Positions 53,201-64,000 of a stretch of 64,000 nucleotides of DNA are shown here, one piece after another. A program made the position numbers and the translations under genes. How positions within the stretch are numbered: the stretch's first letter is position 1; every line of letters begins with the position of its first letter. The notes below the pieces were generated by a model. The model searched no databases, had not been told where the DNA came from, and saw only the letters and a program-made list of their open reading frames with translations. This stretch comes from Felis catus (taxonomy: Eukaryota), in assembly GCF_018350175.1 (NCBI RefSeq), contig NC_058377.1, forward strand, positions 109,058,001-109,122,000, written 5' to 3'.

Positions 53201-54601
53201 TGGGCCCCCTTCCCCACTCCCATCCCCTCCCTCCGACAGCAGTGCATTTAACTCCTTCCTGCCTTTGGGGCGCTCTGGATCCCCTGCGCAGGGTCACGGG
53301 AGGGAGCTCCAGTCTGTCCCATCCTGGCAGGCTTTGTCACCCCCTAGAATGCGCCCACATCTCCTTCTCAGACCCGGGCCTCTGGACCACCCCGCGACCT
53401 CACTCTCCTGCATCGAATCTCTCCAGCGGAGTCTCGGAGGTTAAAAACTCGGGCAGGATCTGGCGGGGGCGTCTGGTTTGAGTTAGGGGAACTTGAGAAC
53501 GGGGACCGGGGGCGGTGCGTAGCGTTCCCTCCACCCCCTCCACGGCCCCCGGTTCGTCCCCAGTTATGGCCCCTCCTCTACTGGTCCCCTGGGGCCCGGC
53601 CCAGGCCCAGGCCCAGGCCCTGGGGCCAGAGGGTGGCATAGGGCACCCCTCCTCTCCTGTCTGGGTGGTCGTGGTGGTTCTGCTCTGTCCTAATTAGAGG
53701 CCCCTTAGAGACTGCAACTGAAAAATTACAGAGGCAGTGGGAACCGGCGCCTCCCTGGCCCAGGTCCCGCCTCTCCGGGTCCCTAAGGCAGTGAGCCCAG
53801 GATGATGGAGTTTGCCAGGTTCCCCCAGGCTTTGACTATCCCATTCTGGATTCATGGGACACCTCAGCATGGAGCAACTTGCACAAGCTCTGGTCTCCTG
53901 GGTTCTCTCTGTCCCAGCACCACCCACATGGAGAAGGGCAAAATGTGACCCAAGACTGGAAGGTCTTACTCAGAAGCCTCCAAGGGAGCTGGATATGGGA
54001 TATCTCTCCCAGGTTCTGTGCTCTCCCCATCTCGGCCTGCTAGGCAGACTCCCACCTACTCCCCAGAGCAGGGAGGAAGGGCACCTTCAGAACACCCCTA
54101 AACCAAGGGAATGGTAGCACCCCTGAGTGACCCTGGGCCCCGGCCACCAACTTCTGGGCAGCCTGTGGGCACAGAATAGGAGCTACCAGAAGACAGAAAC
54201 TCACCCACTAGACTCCCTTCACTCCCCAGAATCACCAGACCCAGAGTTTACCTTTGACTCCTAAATCCCAGTTTGGCTCCAGTTCAGCAGAAGCCTTCAT
54301 TCTAGAATTCTCCCCCATATTCAGCCTCACTTTCTTGGAGTTTTGGTTAAAAAAAAAAAAAAAAAAAGGAACAAATATGAAACTCTCTCCATGCCAAACC
54401 TCCCGCTCCTGGGCTCGCTGTGTGACTGTAGGCAAGGCTCTGCCCTCTCTGGGCTCCTGTTTACCTGAGAATCTCTGAAGCATACTCTCCCTCAGGGGGG
54501 TCTTACCTTATTTCCTTGGGCCCAGACAAGCTGAAGTCCTCCCAGACCCTCCCCTCAGACATCAATGGGGGTCAGGAACTTTGGGTGAGGTTGGCACCCC
54601 A

Positions 54602-54607
54602 TTTATT
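54602..54607 (-). terminator. CD248: CD248 polyadenylation signal
   Basis: tttatt on + (AATAAA on -), about 260 nt after the stop codon. Confidence 0.8.
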
Positions 54608-54864
54608 GGAGAAGACCCCAGCACCCACCCCCTGAGGTCCTGGGGGCCTCGGCGTCTCCTCAGTCTTGAGTGCTGGGCCAGGGAGCAGAGTCCCCAAGAG
54701 TCAAGTCTGGTAGCTGACTGACAGAGGAGCCTGGCTGGGTCCGGGGTGGGGGCAGGAAGCCCTCTGTCCAGCTGGGCAGCTCCCATGAGTCCCTGGTGCA
54801 GCCTGGGCCATGTGTCCAACGCACGCCCCTTCCCCCCACCCCGCAGAGGGGGGGCTGCGCCCCA

Positions 54865-57189
54865 TCACACGCTGGTTCTGCAGGTCTGCACCCCCGTGAG
54901 GCTGCCCCGGTGGGGCACTGGTTCTGTTGGGCCCTTGCTCCCAGCGTGGGTGACCCAGCGATAGCAGTCGGTAACTCGCTTGTTGGGTGCGTGGGGGCCG
55001 CAGCGGGTGCAGTACACGATGCCCAGTGCGAGTAGGACCACCAAGAAGACGCACGTTGGAACGAGGAGAGCCACCAGCAGCCACCGGTCATCCCTCCGGC
55101 TGTGGCCTGCCAGACTGGCCTCCCCTGGGGCTGTCGGGGCTGCCGTGGGGGCTGCTGAGGGCAGCCATGGGGCCAGCTTGCGGTCATGGGCACCTTCCCT
55201 TGGGACTTGTGGGGGTTTGGAATGGGGGCGTGTAGGGCTGGTGAGCGAAGTCTGGTTAGGGGGATGCTGAGGGGGCTCTGAGGTGAGGGTAGTGCGGAGG
55301 GCTGGGGGCCGGGTGGCAGCAGGTACAGGAACTTGATGGGCAGGGGGCACAGGGGATCTGGAGGTAGTGGTCACAGGGGGCTGGACCGTCGAGGCAATGG
55401 GGAGGTGAGTGGCCTGGGCTTTAAGGACTGGGACATCTGGGGAGACAAGGGATTGATGGGTGCTGGAAGTCGTGACCAGAGGGGTGTGGCTGGCAAGGAT
55501 TTGAGGCAAATGAGTGGTGGTCTGAGTGTCAGTGACATGGGTGTCCGGAAACACAGGGGACTGGTGGGCAGGGGACAGTTCAGGGTATCTGGCTGAGATG
55601 ATGGGGGGCCGGTGGGCGGGGGGTCGTGCTGGGTGAGTGGCAGAGATAATGGGGGGCCGGTAGGCAGAGGGAAGATCTGGACGGCTGGCTGAGATCATGG
55701 GGAACTGGTGGTCAGGAGGCAAAGCTGGGTGCCTGGCAGGGATCATGGGGGGCTGAGGGGCCAGGGGCGGGCGGGTGGCAGAGATGACGGGGGGTCGGTG
55801 GGCAGAAGGCAGTGTGGGGCGTGTGGCAGAGACCAACACAGGCCGGGTGACGGAGAGCACCGAGGAGTGGTAGGGGCCTCTGGGGGCACTCAGTGGGGGT
55901 GGCCAGGTGGGGTCCAGGTAGGGCATCCGATGCTCTCCCTCCTCTGGGAAACTAGGTCTGTAGGCCAGGCCGAAGTCAGGTGGCTGCGTGGCCTCCATCC
56001 ATGGGATCCCAGGCACCTCTGTCCAGCCACCGTCAAAGGTCTCCCAGGCCTCGTGTTCATCCTCTTCGTCCTCCCCGTCGTCCAGCAACTCGTCCCCTAG
56101 GTCCTGGGAAGCCTGAGCGCCCGTGGCCCCCGCAGGGCTGCAGCTGATGCCATCGGCCTCAAGCTCGTGGCCCTCGCTGCAGTAGCACTCGAAGCCACCA
56201 ACGTAGTTGACGCACATCTGCTGGCACACGCCGGCGATCTGGCACTCGTCCGTGTCCATGCAGCGGTGCGGCTCATCCTCGGCCGGCCGGAAACCCAGGC
56301 GACAGTGGCAGCTATAGCCCTGCGGCCCACCGGGCTCACACTGCTGCTCACACGGGGCGTGGGCACAGGGGTCCTCGCAGCTTCGCCCGTCGGCTGCCAG
56401 CCGGAAGCCCTCGGCGCAGCGGCAGGACACGCGACCATCCACCTCCTCCACACACTCGTGCTCGCAGCCCCCGTTGTCCGGGCCGCAGCCGGTCCCTGGG
56501 CACAAGGGCCCGGCCCGAGACCAGCCCACGCGGCCCTCGGGCTGCTTCACGCACAGCAGGGAGGCCTCTCTGCCAGCCTGGCAGGGCACAGCAGCTACGG
56601 AGCCGAAGGGCAGCCACTCAAAGTCGGTGGAGACCAGGTGGAAGGGCGTGGTGTAGACCGCAGGGCCCGCCTGGCCCGCCTCATCTGGCAACGCGGGGCA
56701 GGAGCCCTCGAAGCCGAACTGGCACAGGTAGCCGTCGACGGCCAGCGTGCACGAGCCCTCGAGCCAGCGATGCTCTCCACTGGCCTCAAGGGCCGCGCAG
56801 CGCTGGGCCGGGCAGGGCCCCCCCGTGGCTGGCTGGGCCCAGTTGGTGAAGGCCGTGTCCTGGTCTCCCGTGGTCCACGTGAAGCCGCGCAGCGGGCGCT
56901 GCGGTTGGCACTGCCGGGCCTGCCGCTGCAGGCCGATCCACAGCAGCCGGCTGNNNNNNNNNNNNNNNNNNNNNNNNNNNNNNNNNNNNNNNNNNNNNNN
57001 NNNNNNNNNNNNNNNNNNNNNNNNNNNNNNNNNNNNNNNNNNNNNNNNNNNNNNNNNNNNNNNNNNNNNNNNNNNNNNNNNNNNNTAGCAGCTGCCGGGG
57101 CCGCAGATGGCCCGGGGCTCGGCCGCCCAGGGGGCCTGGCCCAGCGTGGGCACCGCGGCCGCCCAGGCCAGCAGCAGGCGCAGCAGCAT
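54865..57189 (-). CDS. CD248: Endosialin/TEM1 (group XIV C-type lectin), single exon, 774 aa
   Basis: MLLRLLLAWAAAVPTLGQ signal peptide; CTLD (LWIGL…, partly N at 56954-57085 with frame preserved); sushi-like domain; three EGF repeats; Pro/Ser/Thr mucin stalk; TM (WLLVALLVPTCVFLVVLLALGIVY); tail ending CRTSV (PDZ-binding type). Confidence 0.98.
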   Translation of the reverse strand: MLLRLLLAWAAAVPTLGQAPWAAEPRAICGPGSCXXXXXXXXXXXXXXXXXXXXXXXXXXXXXXXXXXXXXXXXXXXXXSRLLWIGLQRQARQCQPQRPLRGFTWTTGDQDTAFTNWAQPATGGPCPAQRCAALEASGEHRWLEGSCTLAVDGYLCQFGFEGSCPALPDEAGQAGPAVYTTPFHLVSTDFEWLPFGSVAAVPCQAGREASLLCVKQPEGRVGWSRAGPLCPGTGCGPDNGGCEHECVEEVDGRVSCRCAEGFRLAADGRSCEDPCAHAPCEQQCEPGGPQGYSCHCRLGFRPAEDEPHRCMDTDECQIAGVCQQMCVNYVGGFECYCSEGHELEADGISCSPAGATGAQASQDLGDELLDDGEDEEDEHEAWETFDGGWTEVPGIPWMEATQPPDFGLAYRPSFPEEGEHRMPYLDPTWPPPLSAPRGPYHSSVLSVTRPVLVSATRPTLPSAHRPPVISATRPPLAPQPPMIPARHPALPPDHQFPMISASRPDLPSAYRPPIISATHPARPPAHRPPIISARYPELSPAHQSPVFPDTHVTDTQTTTHLPQILASHTPLVTTSSTHQSLVSPDVPVLKAQATHLPIASTVQPPVTTTSRSPVPPAHQVPVPAATRPPALRTTLTSEPPQHPPNQTSLTSPTRPHSKPPQVPREGAHDRKLAPWLPSAAPTAAPTAPGEASLAGHSRRDDRWLLVALLVPTCVFLVVLLALGIVYCTRCGPHAPNKRVTDCYRWVTHAGSKGPTEPVPHRGSLTGVQTCRTSV

Positions 57190-59324
57190 CGCGACGCCCC
57201 CCGACTGGCCCGAGCCCCGGCCCGCGGACGCTCTTGACAGGGGGTGGGACCGGGGCCTCTGGCGGGCGGGCCGGGGGCGGTCCTGGGCCGGGCTCAGGCC
57301 TTGTAAGGAGTGGGCTGGGGCCGCTGCCAGCTCCCTGCTCCCGCTCCCTCGGGGCCGCCCGAGCAGGAAGCGGTCGGGCGGGGGGCAGAGGTGGGGGGTG
57401 CTGGAGGGTGGGGGCGGGGGGAGGTGCAGCTCGTGGACCGGGAGTCGAGGAGAGGGGGAGATGCCTGCCCAGCGGGCCGAAAGACCCTCAGAAAACCCCA
57501 GCGCCGTCTGGGGCTCTTGGTGGTGAGCTGAGGTCCCTTCCCAGAGACTCGCCGAGATCCGCTGTGGACGCACCGACCTCATCGCACTTGCGAACTGTCT
57601 CCGGGCCCAGCTGCTCATCATACATGTGGAAAGTCGCTCTGACTCACGCCCCTCACACCACACACGTGCGTGCGTTCCTCTCCCCACACAGGAGCCCTCT
57701 CTCGGCACCGTCCCCTCATCCCAGCTCTGCACCCGCGAACCCCCTTAGACGCACATACTTGAGTGGCGTGGCATTCTACATGTCCTCACGCATGACATCC
57801 TTCACATTCGTGTGCAGGCCCCGAATGGAAACCACCTTGATCACGCGGGCATGGGCATCACCAAACCCTCATTTATATACTAAACTCCTGCCTCAACCTC
57901 CCCCCACTCCTCAGCTTCCTGGCTCCAGCTGGTGTGTGGGGGGAGGGAGGGGGGCTGGGGGGGGGTGGCGCTGCCCTCCCTTCACCTCTGCTCAGCCTGG
58001 GGCCCTGGGAACCTGGGCTTAGAGGGGGAGGAGGCAGCCCCCAAACAGGAAATGCTTCTCTGGGCTCCTGCTGCAAGAGGGCAGGGTGCATGGGGGAGGG
58101 GGCCAGGCGGGGGCTAGGCTGCACTCAGGGTGAGCAGGGCCGGGTGGGAGGGGACTGGTGAGAAGCCATGCATGGGCGTGAGGCTCACAATGACACATAC
58201 ATGTGTATGTGACACAGGCGTCACATGTGTGGAGTCCTCCCTGCCCCCGGAGTCTGCTGCGTGAGCCTGGCCAGGGTCCTCCTCCCGCCCCTCTTGGAGG
58301 CCTCTGGAGGCATGTGCACTGAGCCCATCATCCAGGCCGGTCCCCGGGGAGCTGGTTGTCAGATTAACCCGTGAACACCCACTGCACTCTTGGCAGAAGT
58401 TTGAGCTGGGGGACGGGGCGTGGAGGAGCGGTTCTGGCCCTCAGTGCTCTGCCACTGATGTGCTGTGTGACTGCTGGGAAGTCACTGACCCTCTCTGGGT
58501 CTCCGTTTTTCTTGTCTACAAAATGGGGTAGTGTGTCAGGGCCTTTCAGCTCAGCAGGGCTATTGTATCATAGCACTCGGTGTTTGCAAATGTGCTTTGT
58601 CAGCTGCAAAGCATGAAGCAAATGTTCCTCAGTCTTCTGAGCACATCATCTGGGTCGGGGGTGGGGACCAGGGCAGCTTTTCTAACCACCTCGCGGTGCC
58701 AGGGCTGGCCCTGCAGACATGGCCCATCCCCCTGAGAACCCGGGCTTTTGAAGAGCTTGCTATCTGCCTGGAAGGTCATTCTTTCAGGGTCCACGTCTGT
58801 GAAGTGCATAGAATTATCCCCCTTCTCATGAGAGGAAAGTCAATATGGGGTAGTTCATCCTTCCTTTGGCTCAGGCCCAAAGCCTTGAGATCATCCTCGA
58901 CTCCTCTTTCTCCCACACCCCACGTCCCATCTCTCAGCAAATCCTGTTGGCTACACCTTCAAAATAGATCCACAACCTGACTGCTTCTCACCACCTTCTT
59001 TGCCACCCTCCTCTGGCCTGTGCAACTGTCACCTTCCACCTAGGTTCTTGCAATAGCCTCCCCTCTGGTCTCTGTCTTGCCTTCTCCATTCTGCAGGAGG
59101 GATTTCTTTAAAACCTAAGACGGATCTAGTCACTCCTGCTCAGAACCCCTCGGGCCCCTGTCGCACTCAAAGGACAGGCCAACGCCTTGGCCATGGCCTC
59201 CAGGTTGATGTGGTCTGCCCCCAAACTTCTCGCCCCTCTTCCCCTACTCGCTCTTCTGCTCCAGCTATCTGGCCTCATCTCGTGGCTGCGTCTGAAACTT
59301 ACCAGGTACATGTCTGTCTCTTAA

Positions 59325-59480
59325 GGGGCTGCGTTGTGCATTTTAAGATGTTTAGCAGCATCCCCGGCTTCTACCTAGATGTCAGTACATCCCTGCAGTT
59401 GGGACAATCAAAAATGTCTCCGGACATTGCCAAATATTATGTCCCCTGGGGACTCCATCACCCCCAGTGGAGAACTCTTG
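59325..59480 (+). mobile_element. MER20-like hAT DNA transposon fragment inside L2-like sequence
   Basis: gatgtttagcagcatccccggc…acaatcaaaaatgtctccggacattgccaaat…tcacccccagtggagaac matches the MER20 3' half as I recall it. Confidence 0.7.
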
Positions 59481-60869
59481 TCCTAGGAGACCGTGAGCTC
59501 CGTGAGGGCAGCGTCATGGTCTTGTTCCCTGCTGTATCCCCTGGGCCTGGAGAGTTCCTGGCCCAGAGATGCTGCTCAGAGGGGTTTGTCAAATCAATGG
59601 ATGAATGGGGCTCAGGTAAGGCCCTGGGCCATGCTGGGGGAATGAGGCTGTGTGGAGGGAAAGCCCACCTGCTCCCCACACTCGCCCAGCCTTCCGCAGA
59701 AGTCAGGCCATTTCAGAACTGAGAGATCCCTGGGAATCAGTAAACCTTCTTGCAGGTAGGGACACTGAGGCCCAGGGAGTCTCAGAGCAAGTCTGTGGCA
59801 GGGCTGGGACTAGAACCAAGGCCTCCTGGCTCATCCCAGTACTCTAGTTGCCACAGTGCCCCGAGGAGCCATCACGCAGGGTCTGAGAGCTGGGCATGGC
59901 ATCGAGAGGATGGGGGGAGGCATCCTAGACAAAGTGCTGAGGTCAAGATGCCTTTGGAGAATACAGAGGACTCCACTGAGCCTGGAGTGAGGGACAGGAG
60001 TGAAGGGACAACGTCAGAAAGCGGGCAGAGGCCTGGATTGGATGGCAGTAAGCTACCCCTAAAAGGCTGGCCTCCATCATGGGGACCATGGGGAAGAGGT
60101 ATGATAGGAGTCCCCCGTGGCTGGTGTGCGGTGGGTGGAGGGGGGACTGGAGGCCAGGGACCAGTTAAGAAGTTGTTGCAATAGTCTGGGAGAGGGGAGG
60201 GAGCTGGCTGGAGAGCCGGGCAGCAGGGCGGGCCGGGCTGGGGGAGGCAGCCTGTGGAGGCTCCTCAGGGGCTGGCCGGAGCCTGATCCAAGGGTGTGGC
60301 GGGCCCAGTCATGATTCGGGCAATGGCCCGTGCTGCTGGGGCGTCTGAGGGGAGGCTGCAAGCCGTCTGGCCAGTAGGCCGGTCGGATCAGAGGTCAGGA
60401 CTCCGGCCTCAGTTGGGGTGAAGGGTTGGAGGGCAGGCAGGAGAAGCAGGAGGCAGAGGGTCAAAGGCCAAATTCCAGATGGTGCGGCTGGGCTGACTTG
60501 CGAGTTGAGAGACGGCTGAGCCATGAGGAGGGGGGGGGGGGGGTTGGGTAGTAGAGAGGAGCTGGGGTGGGCACCTCTGACCCCCACAAAGCTAAAGGTT
60601 TGGTGGGTTGAGAATGAGGCTTGGAGCCGCACCTAGGTACCTAGTTCAGGTAGGCGACTAGCATTCCCCTGCTCCCATCCAGGATGGGAGGTGTGGAGTT
60701 GAGCCCGGGCCGGGGGTGGGGGGGGGATTGCAATAGGCACGGGCAACGGGGACCTGGGTGGGGGGAGGGGACAGAGAGGGGCTGGTTGCGGTCTTACCCT
60801 TTCTGGCAGCTCCATTGAGCCTGACTTCCCCCACAGCACAGAGAAGATGCTAATCCATGCAATACATGC

Positions 60870-61085
60870 TCGGATGATGGGTGGGTGGATATATCGGCGG
60901 GTGCCTGCACGGGGGGGGGGGGGGGGGGGGGGGGGGGATGCATGAGTGCGCGCATGGGTGGACCGGTGTTTGGGTAGGAGGATGGGTGGATGCATGGGTG
61001 GGTGGACAGAGGGACAACGGATGGATGTGGGAAGGAGTAAGCGAATGGATGGATGGGTGGCTAAGTGTGTGGGTGTGTGGGTGAG
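60870..61085. repeat. G-rich low-complexity (GGAT/GGGT)n tract with a 27-nt poly-G
   Basis: Poly-G at 60911-60937 embedded in degenerate tgga/tggg repeats. Confidence 0.85.
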
Positions 61086-64000
61086 ATTTTAGATGCGCGG
61101 CTGGAGACAGGGACCCGGGCAGCTGCGCTCATTCATGGTGAGCCGCGCCATGATGGGTGGCATTCTCAGAACGCGACTCTGTGGGTCTGTAGGCGCGCAG
61201 TCTGGGAGGGGAGGACAGCTTGGGCTGTACCACCGGCGGGAATCATGTGTGATGCTTCTCTGTCACCGCAGTCTGTGTTCTCTGTTGGGGCCTGAGGCCA
61301 CTGGGTCTTCTCAGCAGGGATGGAGACAGCTCAGGACGCCAAGCTCTGCTCACAGCGTGGGTTGGGAGGCTGAGTTCTCTGCTCCGATCATGGCCCATAT
61401 GAGGAGAGCTCACCTCGAGACGGGCAAGAAAACAGAAGCCCACTTCCCCAGAAGGAGCCTTGTCTTCCAGCTACTGGGACAAGCCAGACAGTGGTTTTGG
61501 ATGCAATGTGTGGGCCCGTGGGGGTGGGGGTGCAGGCGGCCTGCAGAGGGGTTGGCCTGAAGAGAGCCCAGTGGAACAGCCGGGATGGGGGGGTTGAGTA
61601 TGATTGGGGGGCGCCCCCTGGGCAGGCGTCCTAGAACCTTGGCACGGTCTGCCGCTGAGCCAGCACATTGCTTTGTATACAAATCACCTCCTTTCCTCCT
61701 TTTTCTTTTGTCCCCATCCCCCCACCTCCCTCCATTTCTAAATTCTTCCCAAACCACCCCAGCCTTCAGGCTGGCTAGAGGAAGGGCCAACTGGTGGGCA
61801 GGAGGCGCCTGGTCTTGGGTGGGAGCCACAGGAGGGGAGGTGGGGGAGGTCCCAGGGCAGAATTGGGGAGGGAGGGGAGCCTGGGGGGAGGGCAGCGATT
61901 TTGGCCTCCTTCCCCTCCCCACGTGCTGGTGCCGCACCCTGGGTGCTTCTGGATGGGAGAGACTTGCGGAAGGGGGTGGGAGAGAGAGGCTTGGAGAAGG
62001 TGGGGCCCAGGAAGAAGAGGTATCTGTTGCCCAGGCCTGGGGGGAAAGGGATTCTGACAGCTGGTGGGAGGTTGGGGGGTGGAGCCCACCCTGGAGAGAG
62101 ACTGGGTGTGCCTGTGTGTGTACCTGGGTGTCTGTACGTGGCGTGGCCATGTGCGCGTGAGTGCGTGTGCTGGCGTGGGGCTGGCGTTGCTGAGGGTATC
62201 CACAGCCGGGTGATGCGCGCGTGTGTCCCCACAGGCCCCCACCTGTGAGGGGAGAAACATCGTCCACCCTGGGCACAGCTAGGCCCCCGGTCCCTCTCCT
62301 AGCAGATGCCTGACCTGAACCTCTGGCCACATCTGCCCCGAGGAAGGGAGTCCTGGAGCCCACCTCAGAGCTAGAAGGGCCCGGCTGTTCTCAGTGTCCT
62401 GACAGCTCAGAGAGGGACAAGGCTTGCCCCAGGTCACAGGGCGGAGGCAGAGCAGGGACTGTACCCGAGTCTGGGGACCCCAGGAGGGGACGGCTGCTCT
62501 CCTGGCCCTCGCTGATCCTGTCCTTCCTCTGTTGTGCCCCTTGGCTGTGAGGCTCCGTGGAGATCCTGGCCCTGGCCTGGCTGCGGCTTCCTCGTCCACG
62601 GCTGGGCGGGGTAACTGTGGGTGAGGATTCTGTGGCCCCTGAGGCATCTGGCAGAGGCCTGTTCCCTAGAATGACCAACCAGTCCCGGGACTGAGGACTG
62701 AGGACTCTCCCGCACTGCAGGTCCTAGATGCTGGGGACCCCCTTAGCCCCGGGGCCAACAAGGATCGCTAATCACCCTCTCACCAGAGATGTTTTTCCAC
62801 CACGTCCTTCCCACTGCTACCTCAGTGTCAGCCTCCCCGTCTCCACCCTCACCCTGGAACTTTCCCTTGTCTTCCTGCCCCCTCACTGCCCCAGGGATCT
62901 TTCGTCTCACTGTCCCTCCCACTCTTTCTGTTCTCTTTCCTCTCTGTGTCAGGAATCTCCAGCAGCTCCTGTCACTCTCTGGGGTCTCTCTGTCTCTTCT
63001 GTCCTCAGATGGTCACCTTGTTGGTTTCTGTTCTCTGTCCACTTCCCTATCTTCCCTCTCCGTCTCTGGTGTCTCGCCCCGTCTCCCCACTCCTGTTCCG
63101 GCGTCTCTGGCTCGTCACCTTCCCTGGGTGGTCCAGGCTCCCCTCCCCTCCCCCACCCAGCAAGCACCCCCAGGGCCAGCTGGGGTGGAAGCCAGGTCTG
63201 GGGGCTGTGACCAGGCCGGGAAGGGGAACCCAAGCAGACATGATATTTATGTTAGGACTTCAAAGTGGAGCAGAGCCCGAGGCAGGCTTGGTGGGGGCTG
63301 GCGGGGGTAGGAGAGGGGAGGAGGATTGTGAGCAAATGCCAGATTAAGGTCAGCTCAGGCCCCTCCCTGGCGAGGGTCTCCTTGGTGACGCATATCTCCC
63401 CCCGTGGGACACTGAGACCCAGAGTAGGGACAGAACAGACTATTTTGGTGCAGACTTCCAAGAAAGGCACTTCCTGTACCCCTGTCCTGCCTCCAGCCCC
63501 ATCCTGTCTTCCGGTCACCCTGCAGGAGCAGCTGGGTCCTCTGAGCACCGGCCCAGCCAGGGAGGCAGGGGGCTCAGAAGGTGGCAGGAGCAGAGAGTTG
63601 CATCTCGGCACAAAAACGTCCCTGGCGCTGGGACAGCCCTGTGTTCTCCGCTCTCTGGCAGAGGCCTCGCCTGGCAGGGCAGTGAGGGTCTGTAACCCTG
63701 TCGGCCCGGACTATGCCAGTCGGGTCGGTCCCCTCGGGGCCTCTGGGGTCCACTCCGGCTGCCTGCCTGAGGGCCCCAGGGGCCAAGATGGCCGCGAAGG
63801 TCACCCCACCCCTGCCCCCCACCCTCGGCCTAACCTCTGCTAAAGACACCCAGCTGCTGGGGCTGGGAAGGCCTGGGGTCAGGGGCCCAGGCCCCGGGTG
63901 GGGAGGACGGGAGGGGCCGATTGTCTCATCCTGCGGCTCAGCTCTGTGTCCTAAGCCCCTCCCAGGGGCCAGACCCAACAGACACCCCTTCAGGCTGGGC

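Noticed and set aside
57190-57732. 181-codon in-frame upstream extension of the CD248 ORF (955-aa ORF in the track)
   Set aside because: It runs through the GC-rich promoter, has low-complexity composition and would bury the signal peptide. The recognisable protein starts at 57189.
61410-62363. 317-aa minus-strand ORF upstream of CD248
   Set aside because: Pro/Ser/Gly-rich translation of G-rich low-complexity DNA with no homology cues. It does not resemble RIN1, which should lie beyond the window.

Overview
Mammalian genomic DNA, almost certainly a felid: it carries young feline-type carnivore tRNA-derived SINEs and a carnivore L1 3' end. The window is the gene-dense block syntenic to human 11q13.2: KLC2(+) - RAB1B(+) - CNIH2(+) - YIF1A(-) - TMEM151A(+) - CD248(-). 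I traced GT-AG exon structures by hand. KLC2 (15 coding exons, 622 aa), YIF1A (8 exons, 293 aa) and TMEM151A (2 exons, 466 aa) are complete and in frame. RAB1B, CNIH2 and CD248 are partly hidden by seven N-runs, which appear length-preserving and sit mostly on highly conserved exonic sequence. I see no convincing novel protein-coding gene or multi-gene system. The best second-look items are non-coding: (1) an RFX X-box cluster plus a CTCF site in CNIH2 introns; (2) a non-canonical, long-spacer REST/RE1 site and paired full CREs around TMEM151A; (3) an overlapping uORF across the TMEM151A start; (4) an unidentified ~300-bp retrocopy with target-site duplications; (5) an orphan, strand-polarised GC-box array downstream of CD248; (6) SINE-in-SINE insertions forming an inverted pair. 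Repeat family names and orthologue lengths are from recall, not from a database search.
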